A DNA stretch of 64,000 nt, taken from an uncultured beta proteobacterium. Its GTDB lineage: Bacteria > Pseudomonadota > Gammaproteobacteria > Burkholderiales > Casimicrobiaceae. The notes under the pieces were generated by a model. The model did no database searches. It was given only the letters and a program-made list of their open reading frames with translations, and had not been told where the DNA came from. The stretch spans positions 168,270-232,269 of the forward strand of contig CAVUHK010000010.1 of the NCBI GenBank assembly GCA_963741315.1. The letters are read 5' to 3'. Position numbers and translations under genes: made by a program. This document shows, one piece after another, positions 56,294-64,000 of this stretch (position 1 is its first letter; the number at the start of each line of letters is the position of its first letter).

Positions 56294-57718
56294 ATGTACC
56301 GCGCCACCAAGATCGTTGCCACGCTGGGCCCGGCCAGCAGCACCCCGGAAGTGCTCAAGCGCATGCTCGCGGCAGGAGTCGACGTCGTGCGCATGAATTT
56401 CTCACATGGTGTGGCCAAGGATCACGAAGATCGCGCGCGCATGGTGCGCGATGCGGCGCGTTCGATCGGCCGCGAAGTCGCGATCATGGCCGACCTGCAG
56501 GGACCGAAGATCCGCGTCGGCAAGTTCGAAAACGGCAAGGTCACGCTCAAGACCGGCGCCACCTTCATCCTCGATGCGGAATGCGCGCTGGGCAACGAGG
56601 AGCGCGCGGGACTCGACTACAAGGAGCTGCCGCACGATGTCGCACCCGGCGTGATCCTGCTGCTCGACGACGGCCTGATCCGGTTGCGGGTCGAGTCGGT
56701 GCGCGGCAGTGCCATCACCACGCGCGTCGAGGCGGGAGGCACGCTGTCCAACAACAAGGGCATCAACCGCCAGGGTGGAGGGTTGACGGCGCCGGCGCTG
56801 ACCGCCAAGGACATGGACGACATGAAGACCGCGGTGGCGATCCAGGCCGATTACCTGGCGGTTTCGTTCCCGAAGAACAAGGAAGACATGTACATGGCGC
56901 GCCAACTCCTGCGCGCCGCCGGCGGCAACGCGCTGTTGATCGCCAAGATCGAGCGCGCGGAGGCCATCACCGCGCTCGAGGAGATCATCAACGCCTCGGA
57001 CGGCATCATGGTTGCACGCGGCGATCTCGCGGTCGAGGTCGGCAACGCTTCGGTGCCCGGGCTGCAGAAGCGAATGATCGCGCTCGCGCTCCAGCACAAC
57101 AAGCTCACGATCACCGCGACGCAGATGATGGAGTCGATGATCAACAATCCGGTGCCTACGCGCGCCGAAGTCTCCGATGTCGCCAACGCGGTGCTCGACG
57201 GCACCGACGCGGTGATGCTTTCCGCCGAAACCGCCGCCGGCCGCTTCCCGGTCGAGACCATCGAGACCATGGCCCAGATCTGCGTCGAGGCAGAGAAGTC
57301 GGAAACAGTGAAACTCGACCGCGACTTCCTCGACCGCACCTTCACCCGCATCGACCAGTCGATCGCCAATGCGACGCTGTTCACGGCGTTTCACCTCGGG
57401 GTCAAGGCCATTGCGTCGCTCACGCAATCGGGTTCGACCGCGCTGTGGATGTCGCGTCACAACTGCGGTCGCCCGATCTATGCGCTGACCCCCGACCTGT
57501 CGGCACAACGCAAGATGGCGCTCTACCGCAACGTCCAGCCGCTCTACCTCGAACAGAGCACCGACCGCGACGTAGTCCTTCAGTCGGCCGAAGACTTGCT
57601 GCTGGCGAAGGGCCAGGTCGCCAAGGGCGACCTGATCGTGCTCACCATCGGCGAGCCGATGGGCAAGTCCGGCGGCACCAATGCGCTGAAAATCGTCAAG
57701 GTCGGCGAGCATCGATAG
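56294..57718 (+). CDS. pyk: pyruvate kinase
   Basis: TKIVATLGPAS...MVARGDLAVE... are PK signatures. AGGAGA Shine-Dalgarno. Confidence 0.95.
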   Translation: MYRATKIVATLGPASSTPEVLKRMLAAGVDVVRMNFSHGVAKDHEDRARMVRDAARSIGREVAIMADLQGPKIRVGKFENGKVTLKTGATFILDAECALGNEERAGLDYKELPHDVAPGVILLLDDGLIRLRVESVRGSAITTRVEAGGTLSNNKGINRQGGGLTAPALTAKDMDDMKTAVAIQADYLAVSFPKNKEDMYMARQLLRAAGGNALLIAKIERAEAITALEEIINASDGIMVARGDLAVEVGNASVPGLQKRMIALALQHNKLTITATQMMESMINNPVPTRAEVSDVANAVLDGTDAVMLSAETAAGRFPVETIETMAQICVEAEKSETVKLDRDFLDRTFTRIDQSIANATLFTAFHLGVKAIASLTQSGSTALWMSRHNCGRPIYALTPDLSAQRKMALYRNVQPLYLEQSTDRDVVLQSAEDLLLAKGQVAKGDLIVLTIGEPMGKSGGTNALKIVKVGEHR

Positions 57719-57892
57719 GGCCCGGCGCGAGCAAACGCGCCGGAGTCGGTTGCGACGAAGCAATCGCTTGGTTACCATCGCGGCTTGGTCGTAGCGGACC
57801 GTGCACTACGAATTCGCAGTACGTCGAAGAAAAGAAGAACCCAGCATTCTGGTGTCGACTTCGGCGCCCGCAGGTCTTACCCGGAGGATTCA

Positions 57893-58909
57893 ATGAAACA
57901 GTATCGCTTTTGCACATTTGTCGTGCTCGCGGCGGTTGCCGCGGGCATTGCCGGCGCCATGCCGGCGTCGGCCGCCGACTGGAAGCCGACCCGCCCGATC
58001 AACCTGATCGTGCCATGGGCTGCCGGCGGTTCCACCGATCAGGTCACGCGCGCCACGGCCGCCGAGCTGGAGCCCGTGCTCGGCCAGAAAATCGTGGTCA
58101 TCAACCAGCCGGGCGCATCGGGGTCCATCGGCACCAAGAGCGCGCTCGACGCGCCCAAGGATGGCTACACCTGGACTGCGGGTGCGGCGCAGGATCTCGG
58201 CGCGTACGAATCGCTGGGCCTGCTGACGACGCGGATCACCGACTGGAACCTCTACCTGAACGTCGCCAACATCCAGGTCATCAGCGTGAACGCGAATTCG
58301 CCGTACAAGACGGTGAAGGAACTGCTCGACGCGATGAAGGCCAAGCCGGGCCAGATCTCCGTGGCCACGGCGGGAGTCACGTCGTCGGGTCACAACGCGA
58401 TGGACGCGATCGCCAAGGCCGCCGGAGTAACCTACAAGCATGTCACCTACGACGGCGGCAATCCCGCGGTGCTGTCGACCGTCTCCGGCGAAACCGAAGT
58501 GACGACGCAACTTGCAGTCGAGCAAGCCGACATGATTCGCGGCAAGCGCCTGCGTCCGCTGGCCACCGTCAGCGACAGACCTCTGGAACTCGAAGGCTTC
58601 GGGACCATTCCGCCGCTGTCCTCGGTCATCCCCGGTTTCACCATGCCCGCCAACTATTTCGGCATCTTCATCCCCAAGGGCGTGCCCGACGATGTGATCG
58701 AGACGCTCAACAAGGCCTGGGTATCGACCATCGCCAAGAGCGAGGTGCTGAAGAAATACGCACAGAGCCGTGGCGCGCTGTTCGCGCCGCTCTATGGTGC
58801 GGAAGCGCAGAAAGCCGTGTTCCCGGCAGTGCAGGCCAATGCGTGGTTGCTCTACGACACCAAGAAGGCGAAAGTCGCGCCGGATACGGTCGGCATCCCC
58901 CGCCCGTAG
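57893..58909 (+). CDS. tctC: tripartite tricarboxylate transporter substrate-binding protein (Bug/TctC family)
   Basis: Signal peptide followed by the Bug-family motif PINLIVPWAAGGSTDQVTR. GGAGGA Shine-Dalgarno. Confidence 0.9.
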   Translation: MKQYRFCTFVVLAAVAAGIAGAMPASAADWKPTRPINLIVPWAAGGSTDQVTRATAAELEPVLGQKIVVINQPGASGSIGTKSALDAPKDGYTWTAGAAQDLGAYESLGLLTTRITDWNLYLNVANIQVISVNANSPYKTVKELLDAMKAKPGQISVATAGVTSSGHNAMDAIAKAAGVTYKHVTYDGGNPAVLSTVSGETEVTTQLAVEQADMIRGKRLRPLATVSDRPLELEGFGTIPPLSSVIPGFTMPANYFGIFIPKGVPDDVIETLNKAWVSTIAKSEVLKKYAQSRGALFAPLYGAEAQKAVFPAVQANAWLLYDTKKAKVAPDTVGIPRP

Positions 58910-58964
58910 CAGCGTCGGATCCCGCGCACCCGCCCGTCCACGGGCAGGTGCGCGGCGTCGACCC

Positions 58965-59522
58965 ATGCAACCGCACCCCGAACAACCCGGCGCCGAGCCG
59001 TCGACGCAGCATATTGCGCAACCGGCGTCACCTCGTTCCGATTTCATCGCGGCGCTGCTGTGGATGGCCTTCGGTGTCGCCGTCGCCATCGGCTCGTGGC
59101 GCATGGACCGCCTGGAAAACCAGGACATCAACCCGTACACCGTGCCGGGCCTTTTGCCCGGGTTGCTCGGCGTCGCGCTCATCTTCTTCGGCGCGCTGCT
59201 GCTGCTGCGCGCGCTGCGGCAGGGCGCATTCGATCCAGCCGTAGCGCGTGGCGCGCCGATGTCGGCCGCCGAGCGCCGGCGCCTGCTGATCGTGCTCGGG
59301 CTTTGCCTCTCCTTCGGTGTCGGCCTCGTCGGCCACGGTCTCCCGTTCTGGCTCGCCGCGGCGATATTCGTGTCGGCGACCATCTCGATTCTGCAGTATC
59401 CACAGCGCCGCGCCGAGAACCAGGTCGCGCGCGGCATCATCACCGCGATCGTCATCGGCCTCGGTGCGGGACTGGCGATCACGCTCATCTTCCAGGAGTT
59501 TTTCCTGGTGCGCCTGCCCTGA
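58965..59522 (+). CDS. tctB: tripartite tricarboxylate transporter small membrane subunit TctB
   Basis: A 4-TM small protein between tctC and tctA. The start at ATG 58965 is tentative. Confidence 0.75.
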   Translation: MQPHPEQPGAEPSTQHIAQPASPRSDFIAALLWMAFGVAVAIGSWRMDRLENQDINPYTVPGLLPGLLGVALIFFGALLLLRALRQGAFDPAVARGAPMSAAERRRLLIVLGLCLSFGVGLVGHGLPFWLAAAIFVSATISILQYPQRRAENQVARGIITAIVIGLGAGLAITLIFQEFFLVRLP

Positions 59523-59553
59523 ACGCAGATCGCGAACAGGACCCGGAGCCGTC

Positions 59554-61089
59554 GTGCTGCAAGGACTCGAATCGCTGGGCCAGGCGTACCTGAGCTTTCT
59601 CAACCCGACGTCGCTTGCCTACGGCCTGGGCGGCGCACTGCTGGGCATCATTGTGGGTTGCATGCCGGGCCTGTCGGCGACGTTGTGCATCGCGCTACTG
59701 ACAACGCTCACCATCAAGCTGCCGGCGAACGACGCGATCCTGATCCTGATCTGTTCGTACGTCGGTACGCTCTACGGCGGGTCGCGCTCCGCGATCCTGC
59801 TCAATATCCCGGGCACCGCCGCCAACGCCGCGTCCTGCGCCGATGGCTATGCGCTGGCGCTGCGTGGCGAAGCAGGACGCGCAATTGGTATCGCGACGTC
59901 CGGCGCGTTCTGCGGGACGCTGTTCGGCGTGCTCTGCCTTGCCGCGTTCACGCCGGTGCTGGCGGAAGTGGCGCTATCGTTCGGCGCCTTCGAATTCTTC
60001 TGGCTCGCGCTGTTCGGAGTGACCATGTCCGGCAGCCTGGTCGGCAACGATCCGCTGAAGGGCTGGCTGATGGGCGCGCTGGGTTTGTTCGTCGCGCAGA
60101 TCGGGCAGGAAGGCCTGTACGCGCACGACCGCTTCACCTTCGGCCTGCACGAACTGTCCGGCGGTATCGCACTCATTCCCGCATTGGTCGGCGCGTTCGG
60201 ATTTGCCGAGGTCCTCACCACGCTTGCCGATCCCGTGGAGCGCAAGCTGGTCGAATTGCGCGACTCGATCCTGCCGCGCTTTCGCGAGGTGGCGCAATAC
60301 TGGCGGACCGTCCTGCGATCGGGCGCGATCGGCGTGCTGACCGGATTGCTGCCCGGCGTCGGCGAGGACTCCGGCGCGTGGATGTCCTACGCGGCGGCCA
60401 AGGCGACCAGCAAGGAGCGCCATCTTTTCGGCAAGGGCTCGATCGACGGGCTGATGGCCGCCGAGACCGGCGACATGTCGTCGATCCCGGGACACATCAT
60501 TCCGGCGCTGGCGCTGGGCATTCCCGGTTCCGCACCGTCGGCGGTGTTGCTCGCGGCGATGATCCTGCACGGCATACAGCCCGGACCGATGCTCATGGTC
60601 GAGCATCCGCAATTCGTCTATCACGTCGTCGCCATGACCACGCTCGCGACCATTTGCATCTTGATCTTCGGCTTGTTTCTGGTTCGGCCGCTGCTCTACG
60701 TCCTGCGCATCAAGCGCAACGTGCTCATGCCGATCATCTTCCTGCTCGCCACCGTCGGCGCCTTCGCGACCCAGTCGCGCCTGTTCGACGTCTACTCGAT
60801 GCTCGCGGTGGGCATCGGCGCGTTCTTTCTGCGGCGCAAGGGTTATCCGATGGCCCCGTTCGTGCTGGGCCTGGTCCTGGGCAATCTGCTCGACAAGAGC
60901 CTGCGCCGCGGGCTGGTGCTCTCCGACGGCAGCATCATTCCCTTCTTCACCCGGCCTATCTGCATGGTGCTCGCTGCCGTCACGATTTTCACGATGCTGC
61001 TCTACGTACCCGCGTTCAATCGCGCAGTAAAGCGCACGACCGGCTTCGCCGTCGATTCGCTTCGTTCCGTCTTCCGCAAAGGTGCATGA
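59554..61089 (+). CDS. tctA: tripartite tricarboxylate transporter permease TctA
   Basis: Large polytopic TctA-like protein (GIIVGCMPGLSAT...). GTG start at 59554 after a GGAG Shine-Dalgarno. Confidence 0.9.
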   Translation: MLQGLESLGQAYLSFLNPTSLAYGLGGALLGIIVGCMPGLSATLCIALLTTLTIKLPANDAILILICSYVGTLYGGSRSAILLNIPGTAANAASCADGYALALRGEAGRAIGIATSGAFCGTLFGVLCLAAFTPVLAEVALSFGAFEFFWLALFGVTMSGSLVGNDPLKGWLMGALGLFVAQIGQEGLYAHDRFTFGLHELSGGIALIPALVGAFGFAEVLTTLADPVERKLVELRDSILPRFREVAQYWRTVLRSGAIGVLTGLLPGVGEDSGAWMSYAAAKATSKERHLFGKGSIDGLMAAETGDMSSIPGHIIPALALGIPGSAPSAVLLAAMILHGIQPGPMLMVEHPQFVYHVVAMTTLATICILIFGLFLVRPLLYVLRIKRNVLMPIIFLLATVGAFATQSRLFDVYSMLAVGIGAFFLRRKGYPMAPFVLGLVLGNLLDKSLRRGLVLSDGSIIPFFTRPICMVLAAVTIFTMLLYVPAFNRAVKRTTGFAVDSLRSVFRKGA

Positions 61090-62252
61090 ATTGGAAAATC
61101 TTCGCCTCGGCATCATCATGAACGGCGTCACCGGCAGGATGGGCACCAACCAGCACCTGGTGCGCTCGATCTGCGCAATTCGCGCACAGGGCGGGGTTGA
61201 ACTCGCCGACGGCAGGCGCGTCATGCCCGATCCGATACTGGTCGGTCGCAACGCCGACAAGCTTGAGCGGCTTGCCCGCGCCAACGGCCTGTCGCGCTGG
61301 TCGACCGACCTCAGCGCCGCGCTCGCAAACAAGGACGACACGGTGTATTTCGATTCCGCCTCGACCGGGCTGCGGCCGAAACTGATCAAGCAGGCGATCG
61401 CCGCCGGCAAGCACATCTACACCGAGAAGCCGGTCGCGCCGACGCTGGCCGAGGCACTCGATCTCTACCGGGCGGCGAAGGCCGCGGGCGTCAAGCACGG
61501 CGTGGTCCAGGACAAGCTGTGGCTGCCCGGCCTGCTCAAGATGAAGATGCTGGTCGATTCGGGATTCTTCGGGCGCATCCTGTCGGTGCGCGGCGAATTC
61601 GGCTACTGGGTCTTCGAAGGCGACTGGCAGCCCGCGCAGCGACCGTCGTGGAATTATCGCAAGCAGGACGACGGCGGCATCATCGTCGACATGCTCTGCC
61701 ACTGGCGCTACGTGCTCGACAATCTCTTCGGCAGCGTGCAGAGCGTATCGTGCGTCGGCGCGACGCACATCCCGAAGCGTTGGGACGAGCAGGGTCGGGC
61801 CTACGTCGCCACCGCCGACGACGCCGCGTACGCGACCTTCGAACTCGCCGGCGCGACACGGCCCGGTCATCGCGCAGATCAACAGTTCATGGACCACCCG
61901 CGTTCGCCGCGATGACCTCGCGACCTTTCACGTCGACGGGACGCTGGGCTCGGCGGTTGCCGGATTGACCGACTGCTGGACGCAGGCGCGAGTGAACACT
62001 CCCAAGCCGGTGTGGAATCCCGACGTACCGCAGACCATCGACTTCCTGAGCACCTGGCAGAAGGTCCCCAACAACCAGACCTACGACAATGCCTTCAAGG
62101 TGGAGTGGGAACTGTTCATCCGCCACCTGTTCGACGGCGGCTCCTTCCGCTGGGGGCTGCTCGAAGGCGCCAAGGGCGTGCAACTCGCCGAACTCGGCCT
62201 GCAGAGCTGGGCCGAGCGTCGCTGGCTCGACGTGGCCGCGCTGGAGGCCTGA
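61082..62252 (+). pseudogene. Gfo/Idh/MocA-family oxidoreductase interrupted by an apparent +1 frameshift near 61850-61866
   Basis: The N-terminal 260 aa (LRLGIIMNGVTGRMG...AYATFELAG) are in one frame. The conserved continuation [40 protein letters not shown]...LEA* reads in the +1 frame and ends at 62252. Confidence 0.7.
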
Positions 62253-62253
62253 C

Positions 62254-63417
62254 ATGGCCAGCGTTCGCCTGCCTCGCGCCGACGGCACGTTGCACGCCTA
62301 CACGCTGCAGGCACCCCGCGCGTGGCACATGGTCGCAGCCAAGCCCAATCGCGTAGCCTACGCCGCGGCACACATCGTCGCCGATCCGCTGTCGGCCGCC
62401 GATCCGTGGCTGCAACCCGCGATCGATTGGGACGCGACGCTGGACTATCGTCGCTATCTCTGGTCGCTCGGCCTGGGAATCGCCGAAGCAATGGACACCG
62501 CGCAGCGAGGCATGGGGCTCGACTGGCCGACGTCGCTGGAGTTGATCGACCGTTCGCTCGCACTCGCTCGCGCGACACCTGGCGCAATGATCGCCTGTGG
62601 CGCGGGCACCGACCACCTCGAACCGCGCGCGACCACCACGCCCGACGAAGTCGTCGCCGCCTACGAGCTGCAGTGCGAGGCGATCGAGAGTCGCGGCGGG
62701 CGCATCATCCTGATGGCGAGCCGCGCGCTTGCTGCGTGCGCCCGATCACCTGATGATTACGCCAAGGTCTACGGCCGCATCCTGTCGCAGGTGCGCGCGC
62801 CGGTGATCATGCACTGGCTAGGCGACATGTTCGACCCCGCGCTCGCCGGTTACTGGGGTCACGCCGACGTCGATCGCGCCATGGACGTCTGCCTTGCGGT
62901 CATCCAGGCGCACGTGGCCAAGGTCGACGGCATCAAGATTTCGCTGCTCGACAAGGACCGCGAAATCGCCATGCGGCGGCGCCTGCCGCTGCGCGTTCGC
63001 ATGTACACCGGCGACGACTTCAATTTCGCCGAGCTGATCGCCGGCGACGAGCTCGGCCATTCCGACGCGCTGCTCGGCATCTTTGACCCCATCGCGCCGG
63101 CCGCCGCCGCGGCGCTTTCCGCGCTCGCTGCCGGCGATCGTTCCGGGTTCGATGCAATCCTGGCGCCGACGGTGCCGCTGTCGCGCCACATCTTTCGCAC
63201 GCCGACGCGCTTCTACAAGACCGGTGTGGTCTTCCTTGCGTGGTTAAACGGGCATCAAAAGCATTTCGTCATGGTCGGCGGGCAGCAGAGCGCGCGCAGC
63301 CTGCCGCACCTGGTCGAACTCTTCGAACTCGCCGATGCCGCCGGCGTGTTGCGGCAGCCGGAACTTGCCTGCGAGCGCATGCGCGCGTTGCTCGCGCTGC
63401 ACGGCATCGACGCCTGA
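62254..63417 (+). CDS. DUF993-like (dihydrodipicolinate-synthase-fold) protein
   Basis: MASVRLPRADGTLHAYTLQ...RVAYAAAHIVADPL... The family assignment is from memory. The ATG lies 1 nt after the upstream stop. Confidence 0.8.
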   Translation: MASVRLPRADGTLHAYTLQAPRAWHMVAAKPNRVAYAAAHIVADPLSAADPWLQPAIDWDATLDYRRYLWSLGLGIAEAMDTAQRGMGLDWPTSLELIDRSLALARATPGAMIACGAGTDHLEPRATTTPDEVVAAYELQCEAIESRGGRIILMASRALAACARSPDDYAKVYGRILSQVRAPVIMHWLGDMFDPALAGYWGHADVDRAMDVCLAVIQAHVAKVDGIKISLLDKDREIAMRRRLPLRVRMYTGDDFNFAELIAGDELGHSDALLGIFDPIAPAAAAALSALAAGDRSGFDAILAPTVPLSRHIFRTPTRFYKTGVVFLAWLNGHQKHFVMVGGQQSARSLPHLVELFELADAAGVLRQPELACERMRALLALHGIDA

Positions 63418-63436
63418 TCGGTGTGACGATGCGCCC

Positions 63437-64000
63437 ATGAGTTCGCCTGATCCGAATCTGCTCTCGATCAACACCGCGACCGTGCGCAAACAATGGTCGC
63501 TGTCCGAAATCATCAGCGGTTGTGCGCGGCACGGCATCGGCCTGATTTCACCGTGGCGCGACCAGGTGGCCGCGACAGGACTCAAGGAAGCGGCGCAGCG
63601 TATCCGCGACGCCGGGCTGTCCTTGTCGGGTTACTGTCGCGGCGGCATGTTTCCCGCGCCCGACCGCGCCAGCCGGCGCGCCGCGCTCGACGACAACAAG
63701 CGCGCGGTCGACGAGGCGCTGGCCCTGGGCGCGCCGTGCCTGGTGCTGGTGGTGGGCGGACTGCCCAAGGACGGCGAAGGTCGCGTCGTATCGAAGGACC
63801 TCGCTGGCGCGCGCGAGATGGTGCGCGACGGCATCGGCGAACTGCGCGAATACGCACGCCCTGCAGGGATGCCGCTGGCGATCGAGCCCTTGCACCCGAT
63901 GTATGCCGCCGATCGCGCCTGCGTCAACACCATGGCGCACGCCAACGACCTGTGCGACGAAATCGGCGACGGCATCGGCATCGCAGTCGACGTCTATCAC
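63437..64000 (+). CDS. sugar phosphate isomerase/epimerase (xylose-isomerase-like TIM barrel), C-terminally truncated by window
   Basis: My translation from ATG 63437 gives MSSPDPNLLSINTATVRKQWSLSEIISGCARHGIGLISPWRDQV...LAIEPLHPMYAADR..., the typical AP-endonuclease-2/TIM-barrel family. Confidence 0.85.
   Translation, partial: MSSPDPNLLSINTATVRKQWSLSEIISGCARHGIGLISPWRDQVAATGLKEAAQRIRDAGLSLSGYCRGGMFPAPDRASRRAALDDNKRAVDEALALGAPCLVLVVGGLPKDGEGRVVSKDLAGAREMVRDGIGELREYARPAGMPLAIEPLHPMYAADRACVNTMAHANDLCDEIGDGIGIAVDVYH

Noticed and set aside
55354-59244. A 1296-aa ORF on the plus strand spanning pgk, pyk and tctC.
   Set aside because: Its translation is Arg/Gly/Pro/Ala-rich low-complexity sequence in an alternative frame of three well-supported genes. 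This is the typical stop-codon-poor shadow frame of GC-rich DNA.
1-64000. CRISPR arrays, IS elements, rRNA, tmRNA, RNase P RNA, SRP RNA and defence systems (RM, TA, Abi, CBASS, retron).
   Set aside because: I found no regularly spaced repeats. No translation resembles a transposase, integrase, Cas protein, nuclease-methylase or reverse transcriptase. I also saw none of the conserved RNA core motifs. This was a visual scan only and is not exhaustive.

Overview
This is a high-G+C proteobacterial chromosome segment, about 90% coding. I infer a betaproteobacterial, Burkholderiales-like origin from gene order alone; no search was possible. All calls come from reading the six-frame translations and the DNA by eye. 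Note that the ORF track translates alternative start codons (GTG/TTG) as M, so I re-derived many starts.

Contents in order:
- 1-7.7 kb (minus strand): the proximal dcw cell-division/cell-wall cluster, mraZ-rsmH-ftsL-ftsI-murE-murF-mraY-murD'. It has a recognisable sigma70 promoter and a triple-GTGGG MraZ operator.
- 8.1-11.7 kb: a DUF1800/DUF1501 pair, followed by queC.
- 12.6-25.5 kb (mostly minus strand): an accessory-looking block. It holds two Cys-type sulfatases and six small exported or membrane proteins of unknown function, including a His-rich/glycine-zipper protein and a DUF2092 protein. It also holds an orphan receiver domain, a universal stress protein, a histidine kinase with a LuxR/FixJ regulator, and a YVTN beta-propeller protein abutting tRNA-Arg(CCG).
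- 25.7-42.4 kb: housekeeping genes. These are a c5/c551 cytochrome, apaH, a PlsC-family acyltransferase, a PfkB kinase, algZ/algR-like regulators divergent from argH, and an HIBADH-family dehydrogenase with osmC. They continue with rplM-rpsI, argC, DUF6776-bactofilin, erpA, anmK, an M23 peptidase and tyrS.
- 42.4-49.3 kb (minus strand): a complete ArsR-soxCDYZAXB thiosulfate-oxidation cluster.
- 49.7-64 kb: speH-speE, then tkt-gap-(DUF6356)-(GNAT)-pgk-pyk. A tctCBA transporter follows, next to a frameshifted Gfo/Idh/MocA oxidoreductase, a DUF993-like protein and a TIM-barrel isomerase.

I saw no rRNA, CRISPR array, transposase, integrase or recognisable defence genes.

Most notable non-obvious signals:
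- A promoter-to-terminator, roughly 100-nt candidate sRNA upstream of rplM, with CCUCC anti-Shine-Dalgarno motifs in two hairpin loops.
- The uncharacterised sulfatase / exported-protein / signalling block.
- A TTT-transporter-linked gene trio of unknown pathway, one member carrying an apparent frameshift.

I cannot demonstrate a clearly new system from sequence alone. These candidates are ranked by interest in the findings.
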